Made by a program: the position numbers and the translations under genes. Shown here in pieces: positions 1-12,097 of a stretch of DNA of 64,000 bases. This stretch comes from the human T2T-CHM13v2.0 reference genome, Homo sapiens, in the NCBI RefSeq assembly GCF_009914755.1, contig NC_060936.1; one strand, written 5' to 3'. The notes below the pieces were generated by a model that did no database searches, was not told where the DNA came from, and saw only the letters and a program-made list of their open reading frames with translations. Position 1 is the stretch's first letter, and each line of letters begins with the position of its first letter.

Positions 1-253
1 CTGGAGTGCAGTGGTGTGATCTCGGCTCACTGCAACCTCCACCTCTCAGGTTCAAGTGATTTTCCTGCCTCAGCCTCCTGAGTAGCTGGGACTACAGGCA
101 TGCACCACCACGCCTGGCTAATTTTTGTATTTTTAGTAGAGATGGGGTTTCTTTATGTTGGCCAGACTGGTCTGGGACTTATGACCTCAGGTGATCTGCC
201 CGTCTCGGCTTCCCAAAGTGCTGGGATTACAGGTGTGAGCCACTGTGCCTGGC
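1..253 (-). mobile_element. AluS-type SINE, cut by window start
   Basis: Antisense Alu: CTGGAGTGCAGTGG...CCCAAAGTGCTGGGATTACAGGTGTGAGCCAC. Confidence 0.95.
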
Positions 254-660
254 TTCCTCTTCTCTTTGGATTCAAAGACAATGGATTCACTCATCATCTA
301 AAAATTATTGATTGAAACATGTTTCATGTACCAGACACTACTCTAGACACAGATGATTGAGCAGTGAACAAATAGGATCCCTAGACTGGTGGTGTTTACA
401 TTCTGGCAAATGTTGTCTTACATGGTGGAAACCTTTTTACATGTGAACACGACCAGCCAAGCTCTTCTGTTGCCCATCTGGAACCTTCCATGTTTCTCAA
501 AGGAAGCCACTTATTAAAGCTAAGTGGTTCTTATCTGGCTTTCGTCTCCTCTCTCCACAAATTTTCAATCTCTTTTCCCCACTATCTGCTGTTCCCAATA
601 CACTGCCTCTTGTTTTTCATTCTTCAACTATCCTAAAAAAAAAAAAAATTAGAAAGTAAA

Positions 661-686
661 CACACACACACACACACACACACACA
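661..686. repeat. (CA)13 microsatellite, with A14 run at 635-648
   Basis: Direct reading. Confidence 0.95.
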
Positions 687-970
687 AATCCCACATAAAC
701 AGATGCTTGCAATTATTCTCTTCAGGAATAAGAGCAATTTTGAAATCAGGAGCTAGACCTATTTCCATTCCTACCTGGGTTCATTTATTCATTCATTTAG
801 CAAGCATTTAAAATTATGTATTTGTAGAAATGTCTAAACTGTAGAAAAGTTTAAGGAGAAAATAACGCACCCTCATATTCCCACCATCCAGAATTAACCA
901 CAGTTAACATCTTGGCATAATTGCTTCCAGTCTTGTGAGCACTTCATGTGGAGTTGTAAGAATAACCGTA

Positions 971-1261
971 GGTGAAGCATGGTGGCTCACGCCTGTAATT
1001 CCAGCACTTCGGGAGGCCGAGGTGGGTGGATTGCTTGAGACCAGCCTGGGCAACATGGTGAAACCCCGTCTCCACAAAAAAAAAATACAAAAATTAACTG
1101 GGCATAGTGGTGCGTGCTTGTAGGCCCAGTTACTTGGGAGGCTGAGATGAGAGGATCGCGTGAGCCGGGGGAGTGGAGACTGCTGTGAGCTGTGATCACA
1201 CCACTGCACTCCAGCCTGGGTGACAGACTGACACCCTGCCTCAAAAAACAAAAACAAAAAA
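971..1261 (+). mobile_element. AluJ-type SINE with a left-arm deletion
   Basis: GGTGGCTCACGCCTGTAAT...GATTGCTTGAGACCAGCCTGGGCAAC...A-rich tail. Confidence 0.93.
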
Positions 1262-2769
1262 CCCCAACAACCCTAAACCTAATAATAAATGCTACCCCTG
1301 TTCATCAGCACTTAACTCCATAACAGTACCCATTAGGTGCTTCATTATACTCAATTACTAGGAAGAAGAGGAATGGTTTTCATGGAATTTCCTCAAAACC
1401 TTGTTTCTTGAGATGCAGCTGAATCACATGTGGCAGCCCTTGTTGCAGAAGCTTCGCATCCCAACTCCCACTTCAGGGTCCTCGCCACGCCACCACAAAG
1501 CTTGTCTGTGTACACACGAGCATAACCCGGCAATGGCTCTTCTGTTATCTACAAAATATTTGGGTGTGGGTTTGGCGGTTGGACGCTACTGAACTCAGGC
1601 TCTTGTGAACTCAGACTTAACCGCAAATGATTAAAAACACACACATACTCTTCTCTCTCTCTGTAACATACACACACATACACACCCCATTGGCTAAAAT
1701 AATTAAAAAATGTTTAAGATAAATCATTTTTGACAGTGATTGCTCCTGGGGGAGGGGTAGCAAGTTACACTGGGAACTGCCCCAATTTCTTCCCAACTCA
1801 TGTATCCACGGGCTGGGAGGAATTTCCCAGCAAGCCTCTCCCACCCATTTGATCCTCTGGCAGTCTTGTTTCAGGGATTAAGTCTGTCTGAGTTCAGTTC
1901 TGATAAGTGACACAGAGGGAGAGGGTTTCAGTGCTTCTCATGCCTTTTGCAGGGAAAGGGATTTTTTATTTTTTCTGTCCCTGATGAGGTTGTGGTGGGG
2001 TGTTAAGGAGGGCAGATTAGCTCCAGGTGCAGCCTGTTTCATTCCTTGCCTTGCCTTCTCCCCTCAGCCCTGAACCAAGTATAGGATCAGACATGTTTGG
2101 CTTGCCTTTCCCCCTGCCCAAGAGGGAAACCATGCTCGCAGAGCTGATGGGGCTGACGGCAGCGAGAGCCCTGATCCGGAGCCCTGATCCGAATCCCTTG
2201 TTTGACTACAGTCCAAGTGTTTCAAACAGCAGGTCTTTCATAGCTGGGAAAACCCCAAGCTAGACCTGCTGGACACACCGCACAACCACATACAGCTCAG
2301 CTCATGTCAACAGAACTGATAACCAAATTGGGCTTCTTGGCTTCCTGTCCCGGGCAGCCTTGCCAGCCCGCTACCCTCCAAGTCCCAATTAACAGGCGGC
2401 TACGCTATAACCATAAGGGGGGAGTGGAGGGTTTGTTTACCACATAGTTAACAGGCAAACACAACTTAATCACAAGGAAAACAGCTTTTATGAGAATCAT
2501 CTTGAAGTCCTTCTACAGCCCTAATAAACCATCCAGGAAGCCAAAACCCAGAGTTCTCTTCGATTTCGTCCCTTAGGAGAAAGGCCAGTGGGGACAGGTG
2601 GAGAGACATATGGTCTTGCTTTTTGACCACTTACAGCTGCCAGATGAAGTGAACGTCTCTTCCCAGTCTGAAGGTTTCTCCAGGTGATCGCTCTATGTGA
2701 TCCTTCTGTGATGGGCTGCAGGTGACCTTGAACCGCAAGGTGGGGAGGGAATGTGTCTTTTCAGCAGAA

Positions 2770-2965
2770 CCCACTGAGCACCAGGCACTTTGCACACAGG
2801 CTCTCAATCCTTATTCCATAATTGTACGGAAGACCTTTGTCTTCTTTCTACAGAGGGGAAAACCAAAGCTTGGCCAGATCGAGTAACTTTAGAAAATTAC
2901 ACAGTTTAAGGGCAAAACTGGGATTTGAACCCAGGTCAGATGGACTCCAAAGTCCATTTCTTTCT
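2770..2965 (-). mobile_element. MIR fragment
   Basis: ACAGAGGGGAAAAC...GGATTTGAACCCAGGTC...GACTCCAAAGTCC resembles antisense MIR core. Confidence 0.75.
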
Positions 2966-2984
2966 ACTCCACATCTACCATCAA

Positions 2985-3135
2985 AGGATCTGGATTCCAG
3001 CTTTGGGTCTAACAGTGATTGGTCATGGGATACTAGGCAAATCTTTTAACAGCTTAGCACTAATTTCATTATCAGTAAAATGTGGTTGTGGGAGAATGAG
3101 ATTTGTTAATGTAGACTTGTAAAGCCTTATGTCAA
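2985..3135 (+). mobile_element. MIR fragment, head-to-head with the previous one
   Basis: GGCAAATCTTTTAAC...TTTCATTATCAGTAAAATG resembles MIR core. Confidence 0.6.
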
Positions 3136-3501
3136 GCCCAGTGGTATTACTTGCGCTAAAGAAAGAAGCACTCCAGGGCTGGACAGTGGCCTCTCAGAGT
3201 CCCAATTTATTACTGCAAGCCTTGTTGGTTGAAAATTAAGAGACTTGATATTTTATTTGAAATTCTGATTTTTTTTTCTTTTTTTAAAAAAATGTTAAGT
3301 TCAGGGGTACATGTGCAGGATGCGCAGGTTTTGTACGTAGGTAAATGTGTGCCACGGCGCTTTGCTACACCTATCAACTCATCACAGGTATTAAGCCCAG
3401 CATGCATTAGCTATTTTCCCTGATGCTCTCCCTCCCCCGGCCCCTTCCTGCCATGCCCCAGTGTGTGTTATTCCCCTCCTGTGTCCATGTGTTCTCATCG
3501 T

Positions 3502-6500
3502 TCAGCTCCCACTTATAAGTGAGAACATGTAGTGTTTGGTTTTCTGTTCCTGAGTTAGTTTGCTGAGGATAATGGCTTCCAGCTCCATCCATGTCCCCGC
3601 AAAAGACATGATCTCATTCCTTTTTATTGCTGCATAGTATTCCATGGTGTATATGGACCACATTTTCTTTATCCAGTCTATCATTGATGGGCATTTGGGT
3701 TGATTCCATGTCTTTGCTATTGTGAATAGTGTCATAATGAACATAGGCATGCATGTATCTTTATAATAGTATGATTTATATTCCTTTGGGTACATATCCA
3801 GTAATAGAATTGCTGGGTCAGATGGCATTTCTGGTTCTAGATCTTTGAGGAATCGCCACACTGTCTTCCACAACAGTTGAACTAATTTACATTCCCAATA
3901 ACAGTGTGAAAGTGTTCCTATCTCTCCGCAGCCTCACCAGCAACTGTCGTTTCTTGATTTTTTAATACTTGCCATTCTGACTGGTGTGAGGTGGTATCTC
4001 ATTGTGGTTTTGATTTGCATTTCTCTGATGATCAGTGATATTGAGCTTTTTTAAATATGTTTTTTGGCTGCATGTATGTCTTCTTTTGAGAAGTGTCTGT
4101 TCATGTCCTTTGACCACTTTTTAATGTTTTTTTCTTTCCTGTACATTTGTTTAAGTGTTTTGTAGACTGGATATCAGACTTTTGTCAGATGGATAGATTG
4201 CAAAATTTTTCTCCCATTCTGTAGGTTGTTTGTTTGCTCTGATGATAGTTTCCTTTGCTGCGCAGAAGCTCTTTAGTTTAATTAGATCCCATTTGTCAAT
4301 TTTTGCTTTTGTTGCAATTGCTTTTGGTGTTTTTGCTATGAAATTTTTGCCTGTGCCTATGTCCTGACAGTATTGCCTAGATTTTCTTCCAGGGTTTTTA
4401 TAGCTTTGGGTTTTACATTTAAGTCTTGAATTCATCTTGAGTTAATTTTTGTATTAGGTGTAAGGAAGGGGTCCAGTTTCAATTTTCTGCATATGGCTAG
4501 CCAATTCTCCTAGCACCATTTATTAAATAGGGAATCCTTTCCCCATTGCTTGTTTTTGTCAGGTTTGTCAAAGATCAGATGGTTGTAGGTGTGCAGTCTT
4601 ATTTCTGAGTTCTCTATTCTGTTCCACATCTGGTCTATGTGTCTGTTTTGTACAAGTACCATGCTGTTTTGGTTACTGGCACCTTGTAGTATAGTTTGAA
4701 GTCAGGCAGTGTGATGCCTCCAGCTTTTTTCTTTTTCCTTAGGATTGTCTTGGCTATTAGGGCTCTTTTTTGGTTCCATATGAATTTTTAAATCGTTTCT
4801 TTTAATTCTGTGAAGTATGTCAGTGGTAGTTTAATGGGAATAGCACTGACTCTATAAATTACTTTGTGCAGTATGGCCATTTTCCCAATATTGATTCTTC
4901 CTATCCTTGAGCATGGAATGTTTTTCCATTTGTTTGTGTCTTCTCTGATTTCCTTGAGCAGTGGTTTGCAGTTCTCCTTGAAGAGGTCCTTCACTTCCCT
5001 TGTTAGCTGTATTTCTATGTATTTTATTCTCTTTGTAGCAATTGTGAATGGGAGTTCATTCATGATTTGGCTCTCTGCTTGTCTATTGTTGGTGTATAGG
5101 AATGCTTGTGATATTTGCACATTGATTTTGTATCCTGAGACTTTGCTGAAGTTGCTTATCAGCTTAAGAAGCTTCTGGGCTGAGATGATGGGTTTTCTGG
5201 ATGTAGGATCATGTCATCTGCAAACAAAGATAATTTGACCTCCTCTCTTCCTATTTGAATATCCTTTATTTCTTTCTCTTGCTGATTGCCCTGGCCAGCA
5301 CTTCCAATACTATGTTGAAGAGGAGTGGTGAGAGAGGGCGTCCTTGTCTTGTACCGCTTTTCAAGGGGAATGCTTCCACCTTTGCCCATTCAGTATGATA
5401 TTGGCTGTGAGTTTGTCATAAATGGCTCTTAATATTTTGAGGTATGTTCCTTCAACACCTAGTTTATTGAGAGTTTTTAAATGAAGCAATATTGAATTTT
5501 ATCGAAGGCCTCTTCTGTGTCGATTGAGATAATCATGTGGTTTTGTCTTTAGTTCTGTTTATGTGATGAATCACATTTATTGATTTGTGTATGTTGAACA
5601 AACCTTGCATCCTGGGATGAAGCCAGCTTGATAGTGGTAGATAAACTTTTTGATGTGCTGCTGGATTCGGTTTGCCAGTATTTTATTGAGGATTTTTGCA
5701 TTGAGATCAGGGAGAGTGGCCTGAAGTTTTCTTTTTTGTTGTATCTTTGCCAGGTTTTGGTATCAGGATGATGTTGGCCCCATAAAATGAATTAAGGAGG
5801 AGTGCCTCCTTTTTAATTGTTTGGAATAGTTTCAGAAGAAATGGTACCAGCTCCTCTTTCTACCTCTGGTAGAATTCAGCTGTAAATCTGTCTGGTCCTG
5901 GGCTTTTTTTGGTTGATAGCCTATTTATTACTCAATTTCAGAACTCATTATTGTTCTATTGAAGAAGGGATTCAACTTCTTCCTGGTTCAGTCTTGGGAG
6001 AGGGTTTGCATACAGAAATGTATCCATTTCTTCCAGATTTTCTAGTTTATGTGCATAGAGGTGTTTACAGTATTCTCTGATGGTTGGTTGTATTTCTGTG
6101 GGGTCAGTGGTGACATCCCATTTATCACTTCTGATTGTGTCTATTTGATTCTTCTCTCTTTCCTTGTTTATTAGTCTAGCTAGTGATCTATGATGGTTAG
6201 CATTGAGTGTCAACCTGATTGGATTGAAGAATGCAAAGTATTGTTCCTGGGTGTGTCCCTGTGGGTGTTGCCAAAGGATTAACATTTGATTCAGTGGACT
6301 GGGAGAGGCAGACCTACCCTGAATCTGGGTGGGCACCATCTAATCAGCTGCCAGTGTGGCTAGAATAAAGCAGGCAGGAGAAGATGGAAGGGCACACTTG
6401 CTGAGTCTTCAGGCCTTCATCTTTCTCCCATGCTGGATGCTTCCTGCCCTTGAATATTAGACTCCAAGTTCTTCAGCTTGGACTTATACCAGTGGTTTGC

Positions 6501-7195
6501 TAGGGGGCTCTCAGGTCTTTGGCCACAGACTGAAGGCTGCACTGTTGGCTTCCCTACTTTTGAGGTTCTGGGACTTTGACTGATCCACCACTGGCTTCCT
6601 TGCTCCTCAACTTGCAGACGACCTATTGTGGGACTTTACCTTCTGATTGTGTGAGTCAGTTCTCCTTAATAAACTCACTTTCATATATACATATATCCTA
6701 TTAGCTCTCTCCCTAGAGAAAACCCTAATACACAGTCTATTTTATTAATTTTTTCAAAAAACCAGATCCTGGATTTATTTATTTTTTGAAGGGTTTTTCA
6801 TGTCTCTATCTCCTTCAGTTCCATCCTGATCTTGGTTATTTCCTATCATCTGCTAGCTTTGGGGTTTGTTTGCTCTTAGTTCTCTAGTTGTTTAGTTGTG
6901 ATGTTAGATGTCAATTTGAGATCTTTCTAGCTTTTTGATGTGGGCATTTAGTGCTATAAGTTTTCCTCTTAACACTGCTTTAGCTTCATCCCAGAGATTC
7001 TGGTACATTGTCTCTTTGTTCTCATTAGTTTCAAAGAACTTGTTGATGTCTGCCTTAATTTCATTATTTACCCAGGAGTCATTCAGGAGTAGGTTTTTCG
7101 ATTTCCATCCAGTTATGTAGTTTTGAGTGAGTTTCTTAATCTTGAGTTCTAATTAGATTGCTCTGTGGTCTGAGAGACTGTTATAATTTCAGTGT

Positions 7196-7229
<34 letters not shown>

Positions 7230-7869
7230 ATTTCCTGAGGAGTGTTTTACTTCTGATTATGTGATCAATTGTAGAGTAAGTGCCATGTGGCACTGAGGAG
7301 AATGTATATTGTGTTGTTTTTGGGTGGAGAGTTCTGTAGGTATCTATCAGGTCCACTTGATCTAGAGCTGAGTGCAGGTCCTGAATACCTTTGTCAATTT
7401 TCTGTCTTGACGATCTAATATTGACAGTGGGGTGTTAAAGTCTCCGACTACTATTGTGTGGGAGTCTAAGCCTCTTTGTCAGTCTCTAATAACTTGTTTT
7501 ATGAATCTGGGTTCTCCTGTAATGGGTGCATATATATTTAGGATAGTTAGCTCTTGTTGAATTGAACCCTTTACCATTATGTAATGCCCTTCTTTGTCTT
7601 TTTTTATCTTTGTTGGTTTAAAGTCTGTTTTGTAAGAAACTAGGATTGCAACCCGTGCTTTTATCTGTTTTCCATTTTCTTGGTAAATTTTCCTTAATCC
7701 TTTTATTTTGAGACTATGTGACCTTGCATGTGAGATGGGTCTCTTGAATACAGCACGCTGATGGGTCTTGACTCTTTATCCAGCCTGCCATTCTGTGTCT
7801 TTTAATTGGGGCATTTAGCCCATTTCCATTTAAGGTTAATATTGTAATGTGTGAATTTGATCCTGTCAT
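3502..7869 (-). pseudogene. Disrupted L1 ORF2 (endonuclease/reverse transcriptase)
   Basis: Fragments such as [29 protein letters not shown] and TIAKTWNQPKCPSMIDWIKKMW; frameshifts, stops and an LTR insertion. Confidence 0.92.
6189..6732 (+). mobile_element. MLT2A (probably MLT2A2) HERV-L solo LTR nested in L1
   Basis: TATGATGGTTAGCATTGAGTGTCAACCTGATTGGATTGAAG start, ...CCCTAATACA end, AATAAA 6668-6673; 544 bp; L1 sequence resumes on both sides. Confidence 0.9.
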
Positions 7870-7922
7870 CATGATTCTAACTGGTTATTTTGCAGACTTG
7901 TTTATGTAGTTGCTCCATAGTG

Positions 7923-8914
7923 TTATTGGTCTGTGAACTTCAGTGTGTTTTTGTAGTGGCCAGAACATTTTTTCCTTTCCACATTTAGTGCTTCCTTCAG
8001 GAGCTTTTGCAAGGTGGACCTGGTGGTGATGAATTCCCTTGGCATTTGCTTGTCTGAAAAGGATTTTATTTCTCCTTTGCTTATGATGCTTAGCTTGGCC
8101 AGATATGAAATTCTGAGTTGGAAATTCTCTTTTTTAAGAATGTTGAATATTGGCTTCCAATCTCTTCTGGCTTGTAGGATTTCCACTGAGAGGTCCACTG
8201 TTAGTCTGATAGGCTTCCCTTTGTAGGTTACCTGGCCTTTCTCTCTGGCTGTCCTTAACATTTTTTTCCTTCATTTCAACCTTGGAGAATCTGATGATTA
8301 TGTGTCTTGGGGTTGATCTTCTAATGGAGTATCTTACTGGAGTTTTCTGGATTCCCTGAATTTGAATGTTGGCCTGTCTTGCTAGGTTGGGGAATTTCTC
8401 CTGGATGATATCCTGAAATATGTTATCCAATTTGGTTCCATTATCCTTGTTTCTTTCAGGTACCCCAATCTGTCATAGGTTTGGTCTTTTTATATAATCT
8501 CACATTTCTTGGAGGTTTTGTTTATTCCTTTTTATTCTTTTTTCTCTAATCTTGTCTGCCTGTCTTATTTCAGGAAGACAGTCTTCAAGCTTTGAGATTC
8601 TTTCCTCCACTTGGTCTATTTGGCTATGGACACTTGTGATTGCATTGTGAAGTTCTCCTATTGTGTTTTACAGCTCCATCAGGTCATTTATGTTTCTCTA
8701 TCAACTGGTTATTCTAGTTAACAGCTCCTGCAATCTTTTACCATGGTCTTAGCTTCTTTGCATTGGGTTAGAACATAATCCTTTAGCTCAGCGAAGTTTG
8801 TTATTACCCACTTTCCGAAGACTACTCCTGTCAGTTCATCCATCTCAGCTTCAGCACAGTTCTGTGCCCTGCTGGAGAGGTGTTGCGATCGTTGGAGGAG
8901 AAGAGGCACTCTGG
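7923..8914 (-). pseudogene. Disrupted L1 ORF1 lacking its first ~15 codons
   Basis: AREKGQVTYKGKPIRLTVDLS, QDIIQEKFPNLARQANIQIQ and TPRHIIIRFSKVEMKEK fragments. Confidence 0.92.
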
Positions 8915-9139
8915 TGAAATTCTGATTTTTTTAAATTAGTAAGCGTTTTATTCAACATCAACAACATGTTTTAAGTCATAGACTACTTGGGAATAGAAAA
9001 TGATGTCAGTCCTTTAGGTGTATATCCATGGGAACTTACACTTAATGTTCAAAAGAATCAGTCATGTTGGGGAAGGGTCTTGCAGACATTCTTACTCATC
9101 CAGCATTCATCTGCCTCTTTCATTTTCCTAATGGGACTT

Positions 9140-9584
9140 TGTACAGTAGATGCCCCTGATAGCAATAGCTTAAGCATGCCCTGAGAATGACCCTGAATGG
9201 CAGATGCACCTGAATGTGTGTTTGGAGTTCTGAGTTAAGGAATCTGGGAGTGGCCAACCTGGAGATTCATTCTTTATCTATGAGGAACATCTGAGCCCCT
9301 GGCTGATCCTGTGGAATACTGTACAGGGGACTGAGGTCCTATGTTTTGGGTTAAATAAAGGTTGCCAGGTGGAGGCATTTAGGGGGAGGGTGCTAAGTGA
9401 AGATGCTATATAAACTGCATGCTTTTTACAAGCAGTTGTGGTCCTCCTGTTTAGCCCACTGCCACTGGACTCTCTCCTTGTATGTAAGCTCCCAATAAAA
9501 TCCAGGTCGCATCATCTATGTCTTTTCTCCAGCCTCTTGAACCTGGTGCCATCCCCATTAGAGTTGATGGGGTTCAGCACAACA
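9140..9584 (+). mobile_element. ERVL solo LTR (LTR47-like)
   Basis: TG...CA ends, 5-bp TSD GACTT/GACCT (9135-9139, 9585-9589), TATATAAA 9407-9414, AATAAA 9494-9499. Confidence 0.85.
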
Positions 9585-10747
9585 GACCTCAATTTTGTTT
9601 ATCAATTCTCCCACCTGCATGCCCACCCCATCTTGAGCTCCAGGAACAAAGGTAACGTGAGGGGAGGTTTGCTGAGCTTCTAATAAAATTCTTTTGGGAG
9701 AGTTGGAATTTTAGCCCAGGTTGGAAGAATTCATCATTTCTCAAATTGTGTGATCTATATTTACTAAAGTTTTGCACATAGGTTTAAATCATCTTCTCAT
9801 GTGAATATTTTAACTTCTTTTCATGTATATGAATATAATTGTGTTGATACTGTCACTTATTTAAGATAACTTTTAGCATTATCAAGACATGAGAATATGA
9901 GGAAGAATACATCATGGTCTTGCCATTGGATTTTCTGGTTGTAATGTGGTGGTAGCATGCTGAATGCTGAATGACTTGCTGAATGACTCAAATGCTGAAT
10001 GACTTGCCATTGCTGAGAGTCTAAAAGATTCAGGGAGAAATGGGTGATACTGGAGACTGTTACTACAGGAGTTCTAAGGGAAGAGTGGGTTGGTAAAGTT
10101 GGGAAGAAGAAAAAAACTCTTAATTTGGGTCTTGAAGGATGATTAGGGTTTGTTTAGTTGAAGAGGCAAGGACAGACTTTTTAAATGGCAAAAGGAAAAC
10201 AGCTTAAGAAAAATTGCAGAGATAGAAACAAGGAAGGCATTTTTGGAGAAGAGTATCAGAGTGTTAACAGACTGTGTAGGCCTTGAATACTACAGTAAGG
10301 AATATGAATTTTATTCTCTAACATTGGTGAGCTGTTGAAAGTTTCTGGGTGGGGAGTTTCATAATGAAACCTTTGTTTTAGGGAAAATAATCTGAAGGCA
10401 TTGGGCATTAATAGTCCTCGAAAATATAATATCAGTGCTATGCCCTTTTCTTGATTACCAACGTGATAATTCCTTTTAGGTTTTGAGTAATTTTTTTTCC
10501 AGGTCACTTGGGCTTTTGGAGCTGTGTTAATACACAGTAGACTGGCTGAGTCCAGTGTTCATCTTCTGTTTGCAGTTATTTTCTGTTACTTCATCTCCGC
10601 CTCTCTCCATCTCTCTGTAACACCCATCTGATTCACCAACACACACATACAGATAAGCATATCCTACCTACTCCCCTTCTCCCCCACACTCCCACAACAG
10701 TCAGACTTGCTTCTTCCTATTACCGTCCATACCCTTCATCCCTGCCA

Positions 10748-10879
10748 TTTTTTTTTTTAAATACAGATGAAGTCTCACTATGTTGTTTAGGCTGTTCCAA
10801 ACTCCTGGCCTCAAGCAATCCTCCTGCCTTGGCCTCTCAAAGTGCTGGGATGATAGGCATGAGCCACTGCACTTGGTCC
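10748..10879 (-). mobile_element. FLAM-type Alu monomer
   Basis: Poly-T followed by a single antisense left arm. Confidence 0.88.
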
Positions 10880-10887
10880 CTTCATCC

Positions 10888-11300
10888 TTTTTAAAACTTA
10901 TTTTAAATTTAATATTTTAATTTGTATTTCTTTTATTTAATTTTAGATTCAGGGGATATATGTATAGGTTTGTTACATGGTTGTATTGTATGATGAGGAA
11001 GTTTGACCTTCTATCGATCCCATCACCCAAGTGGTGGACGTAGTACTTGAAAGGTGGTTTTTCAACCTTTACTCCTCTCCCTCCTTCCCTGTGTCTGGAG
11101 TCCCCAGTGTCTACTGTTCCCATTTTTGTCCCTGTGTACCCAAATGTTTAGCTGCCATTTATAAGTGAGAACATGCAGTATTCTGTTTGTTGTTTCTGTG
11201 TTAATTCCCTTAGGATAACGGCCTCCAGCTACATCCATGTTGCTGCCAAAAACATGAGTTGATTCTTTTTTATGGCCGCGTAGTATTCTATGGTCATACA
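10888..11300 (-). mobile_element. L1 3' end fragment (old L1PA/L1PB)
   Basis: TTTTAGATTCAGGGG...ATAAGTGAGAACATGCAGTATT is antisense L1 3'UTR. Confidence 0.88.
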
Positions 11301-11513
11301 TTTTATCCTTGATTCCTAATTTCCCTGGTCAATTCTCTTTTTTTAGATTATAAGAAAACCTTGAAATTAATTTACCTCCCTCACAATTTCATTTATTCTA
11401 CATTTACTGAGAGCCTATTGGGTCCCAGGTACTGTCGTAGCTTCTGGAGACACGAAGTTAAGAGATGGTACCTGTCCTTTAGTGTCAATATAGTGGGAAA
11501 GATTCATAATATA

Positions 11514-12028
11514 CAGTCCTCACTTAACCTATCTTCAGTGGGTTCTTGGAAACCACAACTTTACATGAAATGACATGTAATGAAAATAGTTTTCTGGTGG
11601 TTTTTTTTTTTTTTTTTGGCAGGGTCTCATTCTCCCACCCAGGCTGGAGTGTAGTGACGTGGTCTTGGCTGACTGCAATCTTGATCTCCTGGGCTCAAGC
11701 AATCCTCCTGCCTCAGCCTCCTGAGTAGCTGGGACTACAGGTGTGCACCACCACATCTGGCTATTTTTTAAAAAAAGTATTTTTGTAGAGATGAGGCCCC
11801 ACTATGTTGCCCAGGCTGGCCTCAAACTCCTGTGCTCAAGTGATTCTTCTGCCTTGGCCTCTCAAAATGCTGAAATTACAGGTGTGAGCCACTGAGCCCG
11901 GCCAAAAAACCCAGTTATTCTCCTCATTGATGTTATAATGAAAAGACATTATTCAAGGATCTGCTGTATGTCATTTTGCTTCAAGTCACAGTTTGCAAGA
12001 ACCTATTGATAACATTAAGAACTTACTG
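11514..12028. mobile_element. MER6-like Tigger MITE split by an AluJ
   Basis: TA|CAGTCCTCACTTAAC...GGTTCTTGGAAAC and GTTTGCAAGAACC...ACTTACTG|TA inverted ends with TA TSD. Confidence 0.75.
11601..11903 (-). mobile_element. AluJ
   Basis: Full antisense dimer with J-type CCTGGGCTCAAGCAATCC. Confidence 0.94.
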
Positions 12029-12097
12029 TATATATTATTACAATATCAAATGATAAGGTTTCCATTTAGAAGTACGGACAAGGTATGAATACCTCTC

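Larger units (their letters stand above)
3276..8914 (-). mobile_element. L1PA (about PA8-PA11), 5'-truncated in early ORF1, interrupted by MLT2A
   Basis: L1 3'UTR at ~3290-3500; ORF2/ORF1 fragments in ORF track; 18-bp TSD TGAAATTCTGATTTTTTT at 3258-3275 and 8915-8932. Confidence 0.96.

Noticed and set aside
100-1257. ORFs with [13 protein letters not shown] or QAGVQW motifs, here and at other Alus
   Set aside because: Standard Alu translation artefacts
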